Shown here: positions 40,008 to 49,624 of the stretch, in pieces
Layout: each line of letters starts with the position of its first letter
Numbering within the stretch: the stretch's first letter is position 1
DNA from: Parachlamydiales bacterium
Lineage (GTDB): Bacteria > Chlamydiota > Chlamydiia > Chlamydiales > SM23-39
DNA: 64,000 nucleotides
Assembly (NCBI GenBank): GCA_050302075.1
Contig: JBNLAH010000003.1
Coordinates: 1-64,000, forward strand
Direction: 5' to 3'
Position numbers and translations under genes: made by a program
The notes under the pieces: generated by a model
Told to the model about the DNA's origin: nothing
Seen by the model: the letters and a program-made list of their open reading frames with translations, nothing else
Database searches by the model: none

Positions 40008-42173
40008 TCAACTTACAAGCTTTTTTTGCTTTTGATGGTTGTTAAAAGGTTTATAATAGCCTTGGTATTGACTAAAAAAGCCCCTTAGTAAAGAAGGAGC
40101 TAAGTCCATTAATACCATAAAGTCTTTTAACTTTTGCTCAAATAATGGCAACCTTTCATAATCTAATTTTTTATACTCGCATAAAAAATAGATAGCAGCT
40201 GACAATGCTATCATATCAAAGTAACTTTGTTTACTCGGCTCTATGTTAAGCCTACTCTCATAAATTTGCATACAACACCCTAAAAACTCATTTAACTCAT
40301 AGCCTTCTATTTTCGATGCATCTGTTAATTTTTTGTTTTTAGTTTTTACATAAACAAAAAAAGCACCGAGTAAACACTTGTTAGTTATTTGAAAAAGTGC
40401 ACTCTTATCACTTTGTAGCATCGCAATTATTTGTAATTTTGATTCAACATAAATACTAAGCGAATTTAAATTAACATGATTTGGATGAAACAAATAAATC
40501 ATAATTTCATATGCAAAAGATGAATTTAAGAATTTAGATTCAGCATCTAAAAGCGTTTCATTTTGAGCTAGTTTCTTTGAAATCTCATCTTTAATTGCCT
40601 TAGCCCTTTTTAAAAGATTTTCATCGATTAACATCAGGGCCGTCTTAAAATCAAAGATACTGGCTATAAGTTCCACTTCTTTTGAATTAGAAACCATTTG
40701 ACCTTGCGCTGAACTAGAGGTTATAGCTGATGCAGAAGGCACATCTACATTCTGAATTTCTAAGGTGTTGCTATCAACTTCAATGGATTTTGATATGGAA
40801 GATATTTCTATAGAACTTGCGAGTGAGTCTAACCTTTTGATAGCTTCAATGGTATCTTCATCTAACTCAACTTCCTGAGATATTATTTTAATATTCGACA
40901 AAACATCTTTAAAATAATTAGTTTCAACTCTTTGTAGATAAATTCCCTCTAATTGCTCTTTTGTCATATTATCTAACTCATCTGCAGTTATATCTTTTAA
41001 TCTTTCACCTTCTTTGCAGCGAGCTTGATTAAGCCTAAAAGCTAGAAAAACCTCTAAACACGAGAACTTAATATAAATTTTTAAAAACTTTGGTAGGAAT
41101 TTTTTATAATAAGCATAGTCTACGCAATCCTTTTTTTTATTTTTAAAATAAAAACATATAAGAGCCAAAGAGCTGTTAGATTTTATAAATAACGCAGGAT
41201 CTGGTGTTAGAATGGGAAGTGGCTTTGAACCGCTCTCTTTACTATATTTGAAATAAAAAGCTCTTACTAAAGTCCATTCTGATAGTATGCTTTTAAAAAG
41301 ATGTATCAAATTTCTTTGATGAGGTAATTTTTTAAATTCTTTAATTGTAGCTTCTAGCTGCTTTAATGAAACATCAGGCAAATAAAGATCATATAATTTT
41401 CTATCCAATTCATACATCTCATTGATATTTAAAAGGTTATATTTGCATAAAAAGTAAATAGATGCTGCAACCGCTTGTACTTGAATATAATCAATTTCAT
41501 CTTCTTGCATGCTAAATCTTTGGTTATAGATTATTTGAGATGCCCAAATTAATTTATGGATATCTATCGTGTCTAAGATAAAACAACCATCAACATCTTC
41601 AAAAATTTGAATTGCAATTAAATAAGCTCCAAATAAAACCTTTGGAGGGGGCCATTTCGGATCTTTTTCAACAGCAAAGTCTCGGCTTTCTTTTGACCTC
41701 AACATTTTCTTTATTTTTGTTAGGTCTTTAAACAGCCTATTATGGTTCATAACCGATTTAATCTGCCCGCGAGAATAATAGAGCATCATTGCATCATAAA
41801 AAGATAACGAGATCATGAATTTTTGTTGCTCTTCTGTATAGTTACCCTGACTTTTCATTTTAATGCTATTAAGCATTATGAAAGATTTTTGAGCTAAAAT
41901 ACGATCTTCAGAAAACAGCGCAACTTTAATATCTAATAATTTTGAGCAACTTTTTAACTGCCTACTAGTACCAGTTAAAGATGTAATATCTATAACCTCT
42001 CTAGATTCCAAAATTGTTTGAAAATCTTTTTTATTATTTCTAAAGTCTAATAAGTTAGAAAAAACATCTTCAAAAATTTTACTTGCTTTAGTTGGAAGAG
42101 TTGGAATAGCCACCTTTGGAAAATCTTCCAATTTAATGTCTTCACTATTTTCAACCCTCTGAATACAATTCAT
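40008..42173 (-). CDS. Hypothetical helical protein with internal duplication (candidate effector)
   Basis: Repeated motifs QII/QIY...A(V/L)(A/S)A(S/A)IYFLC(K/E)Y, and LFGAY/LLGAF. Confidence 0.7.
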   Translation of the reverse strand: MNCIQRVENSEDIKLEDFPKVAIPTLPTKASKIFEDVFSNLLDFRNNKKDFQTILESREVIDITSLTGTSRQLKSCSKLLDIKVALFSEDRILAQKSFIMLNSIKMKSQGNYTEEQQKFMISLSFYDAMMLYYSRGQIKSVMNHNRLFKDLTKIKKMLRSKESRDFAVEKDPKWPPPKVLFGAYLIAIQIFEDVDGCFILDTIDIHKLIWASQIIYNQRFSMQEDEIDYIQVQAVAASIYFLCKYNLLNINEMYELDRKLYDLYLPDVSLKQLEATIKEFKKLPHQRNLIHLFKSILSEWTLVRAFYFKYSKESGSKPLPILTPDPALFIKSNSSLALICFYFKNKKKDCVDYAYYKKFLPKFLKIYIKFSCLEVFLAFRLNQARCKEGERLKDITADELDNMTKEQLEGIYLQRVETNYFKDVLSNIKIISQEVELDEDTIEAIKRLDSLASSIEISSISKSIEVDSNTLEIQNVDVPSASAITSSSAQGQMVSNSKEVELIASIFDFKTALMLIDENLLKRAKAIKDEISKKLAQNETLLDAESKFLNSSFAYEIMIYLFHPNHVNLNSLSIYVESKLQIIAMLQSDKSALFQITNKCLLGAFFVYVKTKNKKLTDASKIEGYELNEFLGCCMQIYESRLNIEPSKQSYFDMIALSAAIYFLCEYKKLDYERLPLFEQKLKDFMVLMDLAPSLLRGFFSQYQGYYKPFNNHQKQKKLVS

Positions 42174-42252
42174 TTTTTCTTAAATTTTTTTATTAAGATG
42201 AATTTCTATAGCAATTAGCAGAAAAAAATCAAGCCGTAAATTCAGCATAACT

Positions 42253-42275
42253 AAAAGGGAGCAAGTATGCTCCCT
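42253..42275 (-). terminator. Intrinsic terminator after porin copy 1
   Basis: AGGGAGCA-N4-TGCTCCCT stem with U tract. Confidence 0.75.
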
Positions 42276-42286
42276 AATTTAGAACA

Positions 42287-43324
42287 TTAGAAATCGAATC
42301 TAGCACCAACATTTAAACCGTGAGACAAGACTGATCTTCTCCAGTTAAATAAATCTGTTGGGACTGTTGCATCTGTTGAAACATTGTACTCTTCTAAGTA
42401 AGAGACAAAGTTTGGCCAGTAGTGCAATTCATATCCAAGCTTTAGTCCAAAATAGTAACAGCATTTACAAAAATGCTTTCCCCAAGTAAGACCTAAGCCT
42501 GCTTGAGCATTCATTTGGAAATCTGTGTCTTTATAGTTTTGAGTAAGTGTTGATGTACTTGCAAAGTTAGTTGCAGTATCAAACAACGTTGACTCATCTC
42601 TGATTCTATAGTTTTTTTGCCCGATCAATGCTGAGAATGAAGAGTTTCCATATAAGCCGAATCCCCAACATAAATCAACATTCATGTCCATACCAGTGTG
42701 TAGACCAACACCTAAATTAAAATGATGGTTTACATCAACATGGTGTGTTTGTGGGAAACCTACAACAGAGTTCTCTGCTACATAGTCAACTCTTAAATCT
42801 GTTTTTACCCAAGCAAACCTAACACCTACAAATGGGCTAAAAGAATATCTTGAGCATGTGTATACTGTATTAAAATCAAAGTCCAACATTCTCATTTTGA
42901 AGCGGTTTTTTGCACTAGCAGAAAGACTTAAAAGTCCTGTTGTGTCCCCTTCAAATGGATCGTTTAAAAGCCAGTAAGCAGATATTGAATTGCTGATATT
43001 AGAACTTGATGTCACGTTCCCAACTGAAAATGAATCTGTTCCATCAGTGCTATACTGGGTGTACTTTGCTGTTCCAAAAGAGCAGTTAGAAAAGTAAACT
43101 CCCAAAGCTACTCTAAATCCTGAATCAGCAGACAAAGGCACATTATGGATATTTGAGCTATATGTATTTATAGCATTTCCTGTCCCTATAGAAAATGGCG
43201 GAACTCTGTACCTTTCACTTGCATATGGTGTTAAGCTATATGTTTTAAGGTATAAATACTCACCTTCCACAAATGCCCAGCCACATTTCACAGGTAGTGG
43301 AAGACCAAAACAACATCTTTTGTA
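42287..43324. repeat. ~1.04-kb near-identical direct repeat, copy A
   Basis: Matches 45042..46079 at offset 2755; only three substitutions spotted. Confidence 0.92.
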
Positions 43325-43516
43325 ATTTTCATCACAGCCACACCTTGGCTCATAACATAAACTGCTACTTTTACTAGCTTGCCAGTCTTGCATATCAACT
43401 TTATCGTTGTTTTTTGACCTTGCTGATATGTCAAATTCAAAATCATTATCTTCTGCAAAACCGAAAGTCGCAAAAAACAATCCAATAGCTAGAGGAACTT
43501 TAAAAAACTGTTTCAT
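42287..43516 (-). CDS. MOMP-like (Lpg1974/Legionella MOMP-type) beta-barrel porin, copy 1
   Basis: Signal peptide, EYLYLK, SGFRV.LG, PFVGVR, GYE..YW, C-terminal GLNVGARFDF. Confidence 0.85.
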   Translation of the reverse strand: MKQFFKVPLAIGLFFATFGFAEDNDFEFDISARSKNNDKVDMQDWQASKSSSLCYEPRCGCDENYKRCCFGLPLPVKCGWAFVEGEYLYLKTYSLTPYASERYRVPPFSIGTGNAINTYSSNIHNVPLSADSGFRVALGVYFSNCSFGTAKYTQYSTDGTDSFSVGNVTSSSNISNSISAYWLLNDPFEGDTTGLLSLSASAKNRFKMRMLDFDFNTVYTCSRYSFSPFVGVRFAWVKTDLRVDYVAENSVVGFPQTHHVDVNHHFNLGVGLHTGMDMNVDLCWGFGLYGNSSFSALIGQKNYRIRDESTLFDTATNFASTSTLTQNYKDTDFQMNAQAGLGLTWGKHFCKCCYYFGLKLGYELHYWPNFVSYLEEYNVSTDATVPTDLFNWRRSVLSHGLNVGARFDF

Positions 43517-43613
43517 CACCTTTTGTAACCTTATTTCTTAAATTTTACGCTTGGTTTAAGTTACTTAATATAAAGTAAAAATTTCAATAAATTATTTCCT
43601 TTAAACAAACTCC

Positions 43614-44879
43614 TTAAAAATCAAAACGAATTCCTGCATTCAGGCCATGTGAAAATACAGTTCTTTTCCAAACGAAAGTATCTCTTGGAATCGAATTAGC
43701 ACCTACTGCATTAGAATTTAAATAAGTTAAAAAATTTGGCCAAAATATTGCTTCATAGCCGACCTTGATACCGGCATAATAAGCACATTTACAAAAATGA
43801 GCTCCCCAGTGGAATCCACATCCAAAAGAACCCGAAAATTGAACATCTGTTTGTTTATAATTTTCTGTTACTCTTGAACGAACCGGGCCTGAATCATTTA
43901 GTAAAAGGATATCGCGTATTCGAAAGTTTCTTTGTCCAACTATAGCAGAAAATGATGACGAAGTATAAAAATTCAAATTCCAGCATAGATCTAAATTCAT
44001 ATCAATTCCAGTATGAAACCCAGCTCCTAAGTTAAAATGCTGGCTGACATCAATATGGTGGCCTTGTTCAAAGTCTAAAGTTGGATCAATATATTTATAA
44101 TCTACGAATAAATCTGTTTTAACCCATGCTACTCTAGCCCCAACAAATGGATTAATTGAAAGATTAGAGCAAGTGATTGCTCTGTAGAAATCAAAGTCTA
44201 TTACCTTCATCCTGAATCTATTGGCAGCATTACTGTTTACTTGGGTGACATTATTTAAATCAGTTGGGCCACCTCTTGTCGCAAGCAGCCAAAAAATAGT
44301 TAGACCAGATCTATTGGGAGCCGCCGCTGAATCTATATTGTCTACAGAAACACTGGCCTTTCCATCTGTTTCAAATTGGGTATATTTGGCTGTAAAGTAA
44401 GAGCAGGAAGAAAAATATATTCCCAAGCATGCTCTATAACCTGAATTAGCATCTAAAGGGACAAATAAATCCTCTGAGTCATATTCAGTTGCACTTCCAA
44501 TCGTTGGAGGAGGAACCTGCCTCCTAACTCCTAAAAATGGAGTTAAGCTATATGTTTTAAGGTATAGATATTCACCTTCGAGAAAGACCATACCACACCT
44601 TGCCGGTAAAGGCAGTGGGTAACAACACCTTGTATAAGGCTCACAGCAGCTTTTTGTCATACATAGAGAAGATTCTTTTTGCTTAGTTTGTTTTAATTTT
44701 TTTTCACTTCTTTCACTGCTTTCCTTTTTTTTAACATCTTCAATTGAAAAAAAACCTTTGTCTGACAAGTCTGCATTCTCAGTCAGTGTTTTATCCGGAG
44801 CTTTATTTTCTACTTTGATATCGACTTCTTCTGCAAAAATTGCACTAAAAAAGAAAAATGCTGTAAATAGTGTTCTCAT
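43614..44879 (-). CDS. MOMP-like beta-barrel porin, copy 2 (divergent)
   Basis: Same motif set; C-terminal GLNAGIRFDF. Confidence 0.85.
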   Translation of the reverse strand: MRTLFTAFFFFSAIFAEEVDIKVENKAPDKTLTENADLSDKGFFSIEDVKKKESSERSEKKLKQTKQKESSLCMTKSCCEPYTRCCYPLPLPARCGMVFLEGEYLYLKTYSLTPFLGVRRQVPPPTIGSATEYDSEDLFVPLDANSGYRACLGIYFSSCSYFTAKYTQFETDGKASVSVDNIDSAAAPNRSGLTIFWLLATRGGPTDLNNVTQVNSNAANRFRMKVIDFDFYRAITCSNLSINPFVGARVAWVKTDLFVDYKYIDPTLDFEQGHHIDVSQHFNLGAGFHTGIDMNLDLCWNLNFYTSSSFSAIVGQRNFRIRDILLLNDSGPVRSRVTENYKQTDVQFSGSFGCGFHWGAHFCKCAYYAGIKVGYEAIFWPNFLTYLNSNAVGANSIPRDTFVWKRTVFSHGLNAGIRFDF

Positions 44880-44997
44880 AGCTACCTTTAGTATTTAAAA
44901 AAGACAAATACTAAAAGTAAGTTAGGGGTCAATTTATTTCAAAGAAGATCTTATAATTTTTATTTTAAACTTATGAGAAAATTTATTAGACAAAGAC

Positions 44998-45026
44998 AAA
45001 AAGGGACCCTAAGAAAAAGGGTCCCT
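44998..45026 (-). terminator. Intrinsic terminator after porin copy 3
   Basis: AGGGACCCT-N7-AGGGTCCCT stem with U tract. Confidence 0.75.
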
Positions 45027-45041
45027 ATGCTTAAAGTTACG

Positions 45042-46079
45042 TTAGAAATCGAATCTAGCACCAACATTTAAACCGTGAGACAAGACTGATCTTCTCCAGT
45101 TAAATAAATCTGCTGGGACTGTTGCATCTGTTGAAACATTGTACTCTTCTAAGTAAGAGACAAAGTTTGGCCAGTAGTGCAATTCATATCCAAGCTTTAG
45201 TCCAAAATAGTAACAGCATTTACAAAAATGCTTTCCCCAAGTAAGACCTAAGCCTGCTTGAGCATTCATTTGGAAATCTGTGTCTTTATAGTTTTGAGTA
45301 AGTGTTGATGTACTTGCAAAGTTAGTTGCAGTATCAAACAACGTTGACTCATCTCTGATTCTATAGTATTTTTGCCCGATCAATGCTGAGAATGAAGAGT
45401 TTCCATATAAGCCGAATCCCCAACATAAATCAACATTCATGTCCATACCAGTGTGTAGACCAACACCTAAATTAAAATGATGGTTTACATCAACATGGTG
45501 TGTTTGTGGGAAACCTACAACAGAGTTCTCTGCTACATAGTCAACTCTTAAATCTGTTTTTACCCAAGCAAACCTAACACCTACAAATGGGCTAAAAGAA
45601 TATCTTGAGCATGTGTATACTGTATTAAAATCAAAGTCCAACATTCTCATTTTGAAGCGGTTTTTTGCACTAGCAGAAAGACTTAAAAGTCCTGTTGTGT
45701 CCCCTTCAAATGGATCGTTTAAAAGCCAGTAAGCAGATATTGAATTGCTGATATTAGAACTTGATGTCACATTCCCAACTGAAAATGAATCTGTTCCATC
45801 AGTGCTATACTGGGTGTACTTTGCTGTTCCAAAAGAGCAGTTAGAAAAGTAAACTCCCAAAGCTACTCTAAATCCTGAATCAGCAGACAAAGGCACATTA
45901 TGGATATTTGAGCTATATGTATTTATAGCATTTCCTGTCCCTATAGAAAATGGCGGAACTCTGTACCTTTCACTTGCATATGGTGTTAAGCTATATGTTT
46001 TAAGGTATAAATACTCACCTTCCACAAATGCCCAGCCACATTTCACAGGTAGTGGAAGACCAAAACAACATCTTTTGTA
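45042..46079. repeat. ~1.04-kb near-identical direct repeat, copy B
   Basis: Matches 42287..43324. Confidence 0.92.
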
Positions 46080-46301
46080 GTCTTCATCACAGCCACATCT
46101 TGGCTCAAAACATAATGAATCATCTTCTTGATTCATCGTTTGTCTATTACCGTTCATCATGTCACGATTATTCATATTACGTGACTTTTTGTTTGATCTT
46201 GCGACCACGGCCCCACTTTCATAATCATTACTTTGAGCAAAAGTTAAACTCATGAAAAGAAATGAGGCTAAAAAAGGTAATTTATATAGAATACCCCTCA
46301 T
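45042..46301 (-). CDS. MOMP-like beta-barrel porin, copy 3
   Basis: Near-identical to copy 1 beyond the N-terminus; likely start ATG 46301 with GAGGAGG RBS. Confidence 0.85.
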   Translation of the reverse strand: MRGILYKLPFLASFLFMSLTFAQSNDYESGAVVARSNKKSRNMNNRDMMNGNRQTMNQEDDSLCFEPRCGCDEDYKRCCFGLPLPVKCGWAFVEGEYLYLKTYSLTPYASERYRVPPFSIGTGNAINTYSSNIHNVPLSADSGFRVALGVYFSNCSFGTAKYTQYSTDGTDSFSVGNVTSSSNISNSISAYWLLNDPFEGDTTGLLSLSASAKNRFKMRMLDFDFNTVYTCSRYSFSPFVGVRFAWVKTDLRVDYVAENSVVGFPQTHHVDVNHHFNLGVGLHTGMDMNVDLCWGFGLYGNSSFSALIGQKYYRIRDESTLFDTATNFASTSTLTQNYKDTDFQMNAQAGLGLTWGKHFCKCCYYFGLKLGYELHYWPNFVSYLEEYNVSTDATVPADLFNWRRSVLSHGLNVGARFDF

Positions 46302-46421
46302 AAAAATCCTCCTCGTTTTCTTTCCGTTTATCATAAAAAGTAATTTTATCAAGAAAAAAAATAAAAATAATTTGATATTTTTGAAAAAAATAAAATTAAA
46401 ACTACAAAAAGATAATCTAAT

Positions 46422-47819
46422 TTAGGACTTTTTTCTTTTAGATGAAGCTTTTGTTTTGTACTCTTTTAGAGTCTTTTTTACCTCTTTAGCATGATCTAGC
46501 ATGGGAAGTGGATATGAGCACTTATCATGATGTTTTCCCAAATACCACTGGTGTATTTCTTTATAATCCAAATTAACAAGTTCTAAAACCCACTTTTTAA
46601 TATATAAACATTTAGGATCTATTTTTAGTGCCTGAGTCCAAGGATTAAATACTCTGAAGTAAGGCTGCGCATCACATCCTGTACTGGCAGCCCACTGCCA
46701 ATTACCATTATTAACAGCAGGGTCGTAGTCTATAAGAGTTCTTGCAAAGTATTTTTCACCCCATCTCCAATCAATATGTAGGTCCTTAACAAGAAAACTA
46801 GCTACAATCATACGAGTTCTATTATGCATAAACCCAGTCTGGTTCATTTCTCGCATACCGGCATCTACAATTGGAAATCCCGTATTGCCTTCGCACCACT
46901 TTTTAAATTTTGCCTTATTATTTTCCCACTTAATGTTATTAAATTTATGGTTAAAAGCACCTTTAAATACATGAGGGTAATAAAAAGCAACATTTGTAAA
47001 AAAGTCTCTCCAATATAAAGATCTTAAAAGCTCTGAGCTACTTCCTAACTGTCTTAATATAGCATGATACACCTCTCTTATTGAGCATGTTGTAAATTTT
47101 AAATGAGCTGAAAGATGAGTGGTTTTGTCAGGGTATGGAAAATCTCGATCTATGCTATATTTTGAAAACTTCTTTAGGTTTTTTAAAATTTTCAATGCTT
47201 CAGACCTTCCTCCTTTAGCTTGTTCGAAGCGCTTTGGTAAAACTTTTTTATTTAAGCTATTGTCTTTAGCAAAAGGAATAGTTTTCGAATAATAGTTATT
47301 ATAACGATTATTTATAGGAGGTAAAACATCAAGCTTAGATGCATTTCGATAAAAAGGAGTAAAGATAGAGTAAGGTTTTTTATCTTTTTTTAAAGTTTTT
47401 TCAACTGGAACCAATAGGGCATCGTCCGTAGAGTGAAGGTCGACCTTATACTTTGTACATGCGGCCTTGATTTTCTTATCTCTTTCGATGCTATACGGTG
47501 TATAGTCCCTATTAATAAAGACTGCTTCTATTTTCAGTTTTTCTATGCATTCAGACACTACTTTCTCAGGAGCTCCCCAAAACAAATAAAGCTTGCCTTT
47601 TTTAGCATTTAATTCCTTTTCCAAATCTTCCAATGACTCAATCATAAATTGTAGGCAACGGTCACTTCGATATTGATTATGTTTAATTTGCTCTGGAGTG
47701 AAGATAAATGAGCAAATGACTTCTTTAGAATTATTGAGAGCTAAGATTAACCCTCTATTATCTTGAATCCTCAGATCTCTTCTAAAGATGAACAACGATC
47801 TTTGATATTTTTTTTCCAC
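46422..47819 (-). CDS. phrB: Deoxyribodipyrimidine photolyase (class I CPD)
   Basis: FRRDLRIQDN, GNTGFPIVDAGMR, MHNRTRM, DYDPAVNNGNWQW, RVFNP. Confidence 0.93.
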   Translation of the reverse strand: MEKKYQRSLFIFRRDLRIQDNRGLILALNNSKEVICSFIFTPEQIKHNQYRSDRCLQFMIESLEDLEKELNAKKGKLYLFWGAPEKVVSECIEKLKIEAVFINRDYTPYSIERDKKIKAACTKYKVDLHSTDDALLVPVEKTLKKDKKPYSIFTPFYRNASKLDVLPPINNRYNNYYSKTIPFAKDNSLNKKVLPKRFEQAKGGRSEALKILKNLKKFSKYSIDRDFPYPDKTTHLSAHLKFTTCSIREVYHAILRQLGSSSELLRSLYWRDFFTNVAFYYPHVFKGAFNHKFNNIKWENNKAKFKKWCEGNTGFPIVDAGMREMNQTGFMHNRTRMIVASFLVKDLHIDWRWGEKYFARTLIDYDPAVNNGNWQWAASTGCDAQPYFRVFNPWTQALKIDPKCLYIKKWVLELVNLDYKEIHQWYLGKHHDKCSYPLPMLDHAKEVKKTLKEYKTKASSKRKKS

Positions 47820-47829
47820 AAGCTTGCCT

Positions 47830-48285
47830 TTAAATAGTATTCCACCTTTTTAAAGTTTTGAGCATGCTCTTTGCATGAGAGCCTTCCCAGTAAATTTTTT
47901 TGCATTTTTTACAAACTTTAAAATTATTGAGATCCTCTTTTACATGCGGAGGGATTTCCTCTAGTATCTCATCTTTATTAATTTTATTAAGGATATAATT
48001 ACATTTTAAACATCTTGAAAAAGGATGTAAAACCCAGTTAATTTTAAGCTTTTTATTAAGTTCTTTAACATTTTTTTCAAGCTCATTTGCGCTTAAAAAA
48101 ATCACATTCTTATTCATTTCAGAAAAAAAGCTGTCGCATGTAAGTAAGATTCTATTTTCTTTTACAGCTATATTTAACATTTGAACATCATCAACATGTT
48201 CGGCAATAAACAAGGTATCATAGCCAGCAGCCCTTAGCCATTTCCCTAGTTTAATTAACATTCTGTCGCATAAGAACTTAATCAT
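47830..48285 (-). CDS. Mut7-C RNase domain protein (PIN fold + Zn ribbon)
   Basis: FLCDRML.KLGKWLR..GYD, RC..CN, C..C.KIYWEGSH. Confidence 0.9.
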   Translation of the reverse strand: MIKFLCDRMLIKLGKWLRAAGYDTLFIAEHVDDVQMLNIAVKENRILLTCDSFFSEMNKNVIFLSANELEKNVKELNKKLKINWVLHPFSRCLKCNYILNKINKDEILEEIPPHVKEDLNNFKVCKKCKKIYWEGSHAKSMLKTLKRWNTI

Positions 48286-48320
48286 TCAAAAATTCTTTTC
48301 AATGTCATAAAGCTAAGTGA

Positions 48321-49160
48321 CTAGTTCATAACTATCTTTTGAAGATTCCATCTTTCATCTTTATCAGATGGAGAAAATAAACAAATCTCACCAAAATCAA
48401 TCTTTGCCTTTTCTCCAGTTAACAAAAAAGAGAGGCATTCAAAAACCATACTATGAGACACAATTATTTTGATACTTCCCTTAAACGACTTTTCTTTTAA
48501 AAGCTTATTAAAAGATTCATAAATCCTTCTTTTGAAAATTTCGTTTGTTTCAGCATCAGCCGGCAAAGTGCCCTCACTTTGATTTTCTTCTAATAACCTA
48601 AAGTCCCCAAAATAACGTTCATGTATATTAGGAAAAACCTGTTCAGTTTTTTCTAGTGCCTTAGCAATAGTTTCAGCTGTTTGCCTAGTTCTTCTAAGTT
48701 CGCTAGAAATCACTGCAACATCTTGTTTTACATATAAATCCTTTAATAATAAAGCTGCTTTTTCTGCCTGGATTTCTCCTTCTTTATTTAAAGGTAAATC
48801 CAAGGGACCTTGTTTTATAAGATCTTTATTCCAATCTGTTTTGCCATGCCTCACAAATAAAAACTCCTCTCTTGGAAATATGGCTCTTATCTTTTCAACC
48901 TCTTCTACAACTTTAAAAGGCATCTTTAATACCGGTTCTATTACTCGTCTCTGACCATCGTAAGTAATTTGGAAATTCCCAAAAGATAAGTGCTTTTTAA
49001 TCACCTCACTTATCGCTATATCTATATCTTCACGATCATCAGGAATATATACTAAGTATTCACCTTCAGAGTAACTTGATAAAAAAGATCTAAACTCACC
49101 AGAAAATTTCACTATAAAGCTTTTTGGACTTCTATTGCCTATTGATTGGAGTGCACTCAT
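48321..49160 (-). CDS. Histidine phosphatase family protein with ~95-aa N-terminal extension
   Basis: FVRHGKTDWN, SSELRRTRQTA, ERYFG, VSH. Confidence 0.85.
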   Translation of the reverse strand: MSALQSIGNRSPKSFIVKFSGEFRSFLSSYSEGEYLVYIPDDREDIDIAISEVIKKHLSFGNFQITYDGQRRVIEPVLKMPFKVVEEVEKIRAIFPREEFLFVRHGKTDWNKDLIKQGPLDLPLNKEGEIQAEKAALLLKDLYVKQDVAVISSELRRTRQTAETIAKALEKTEQVFPNIHERYFGDFRLLEENQSEGTLPADAETNEIFKRRIYESFNKLLKEKSFKGSIKIIVSHSMVFECLSFLLTGEKAKIDFGEICLFSPSDKDERWNLQKIVMN

Positions 49161-49253
49161 AAAAACCTCCTCATATATTTGTGAAAAAAATTTAATTGAT
49201 TTTATTTATGTGAAAAAACTAATTTTTTCAAAATTAAAAACAAAGGGCATTTT

Positions 49254-49532
49254 ATGAACTTTTATTCTTTTCCCACAGAAAGAAATCTTTTTGGCTGCCT
49301 GAGAAATCACTTTTCTATAGAAGAAAACTCTTCTGTAAATAAAGATACCATTCGTTTTGCAGCTTTTTTATTTGCAAACAAACAAAATGTTGAGCCTAAA
49401 AGAATCAGCGCTGGTGTTAGATCTGTGCTTATCAAATCTGGATTAGGTGCTGCACAAAAGAAAAGATTAGAAAATATACAGATAATTTTAGTCGAAGCTA
49501 TCAAAGATTGTGCCAAACAACAAAAAAAATAG
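49254..49532 (+). CDS. Small hypothetical protein, paralogue of 50549..50848
   Basis: Shared YSFP.E..LF.C and AIKDCA motifs. Confidence 0.7.
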   Translation: MNFYSFPTERNLFGCLRNHFSIEENSSVNKDTIRFAAFLFANKQNVEPKRISAGVRSVLIKSGLGAAQKKRLENIQIILVEAIKDCAKQQKK

Positions 49533-49624
49533 TCCAAATTACTTTTGTAAGCTCTCTTTCATTATATGACTAAAATTATCGCTCTATTAAGCTTGATAAA
49601 GCCAAACATTTGACATTGTCAATA

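Noticed and set aside
39975..40008. Stop-codon read-through or recoding joining the 721-aa ORF to its tail
   Set aside because: All three stop types occur within 12 codons, so frameshift decay is more plausible; other genes use the standard code.
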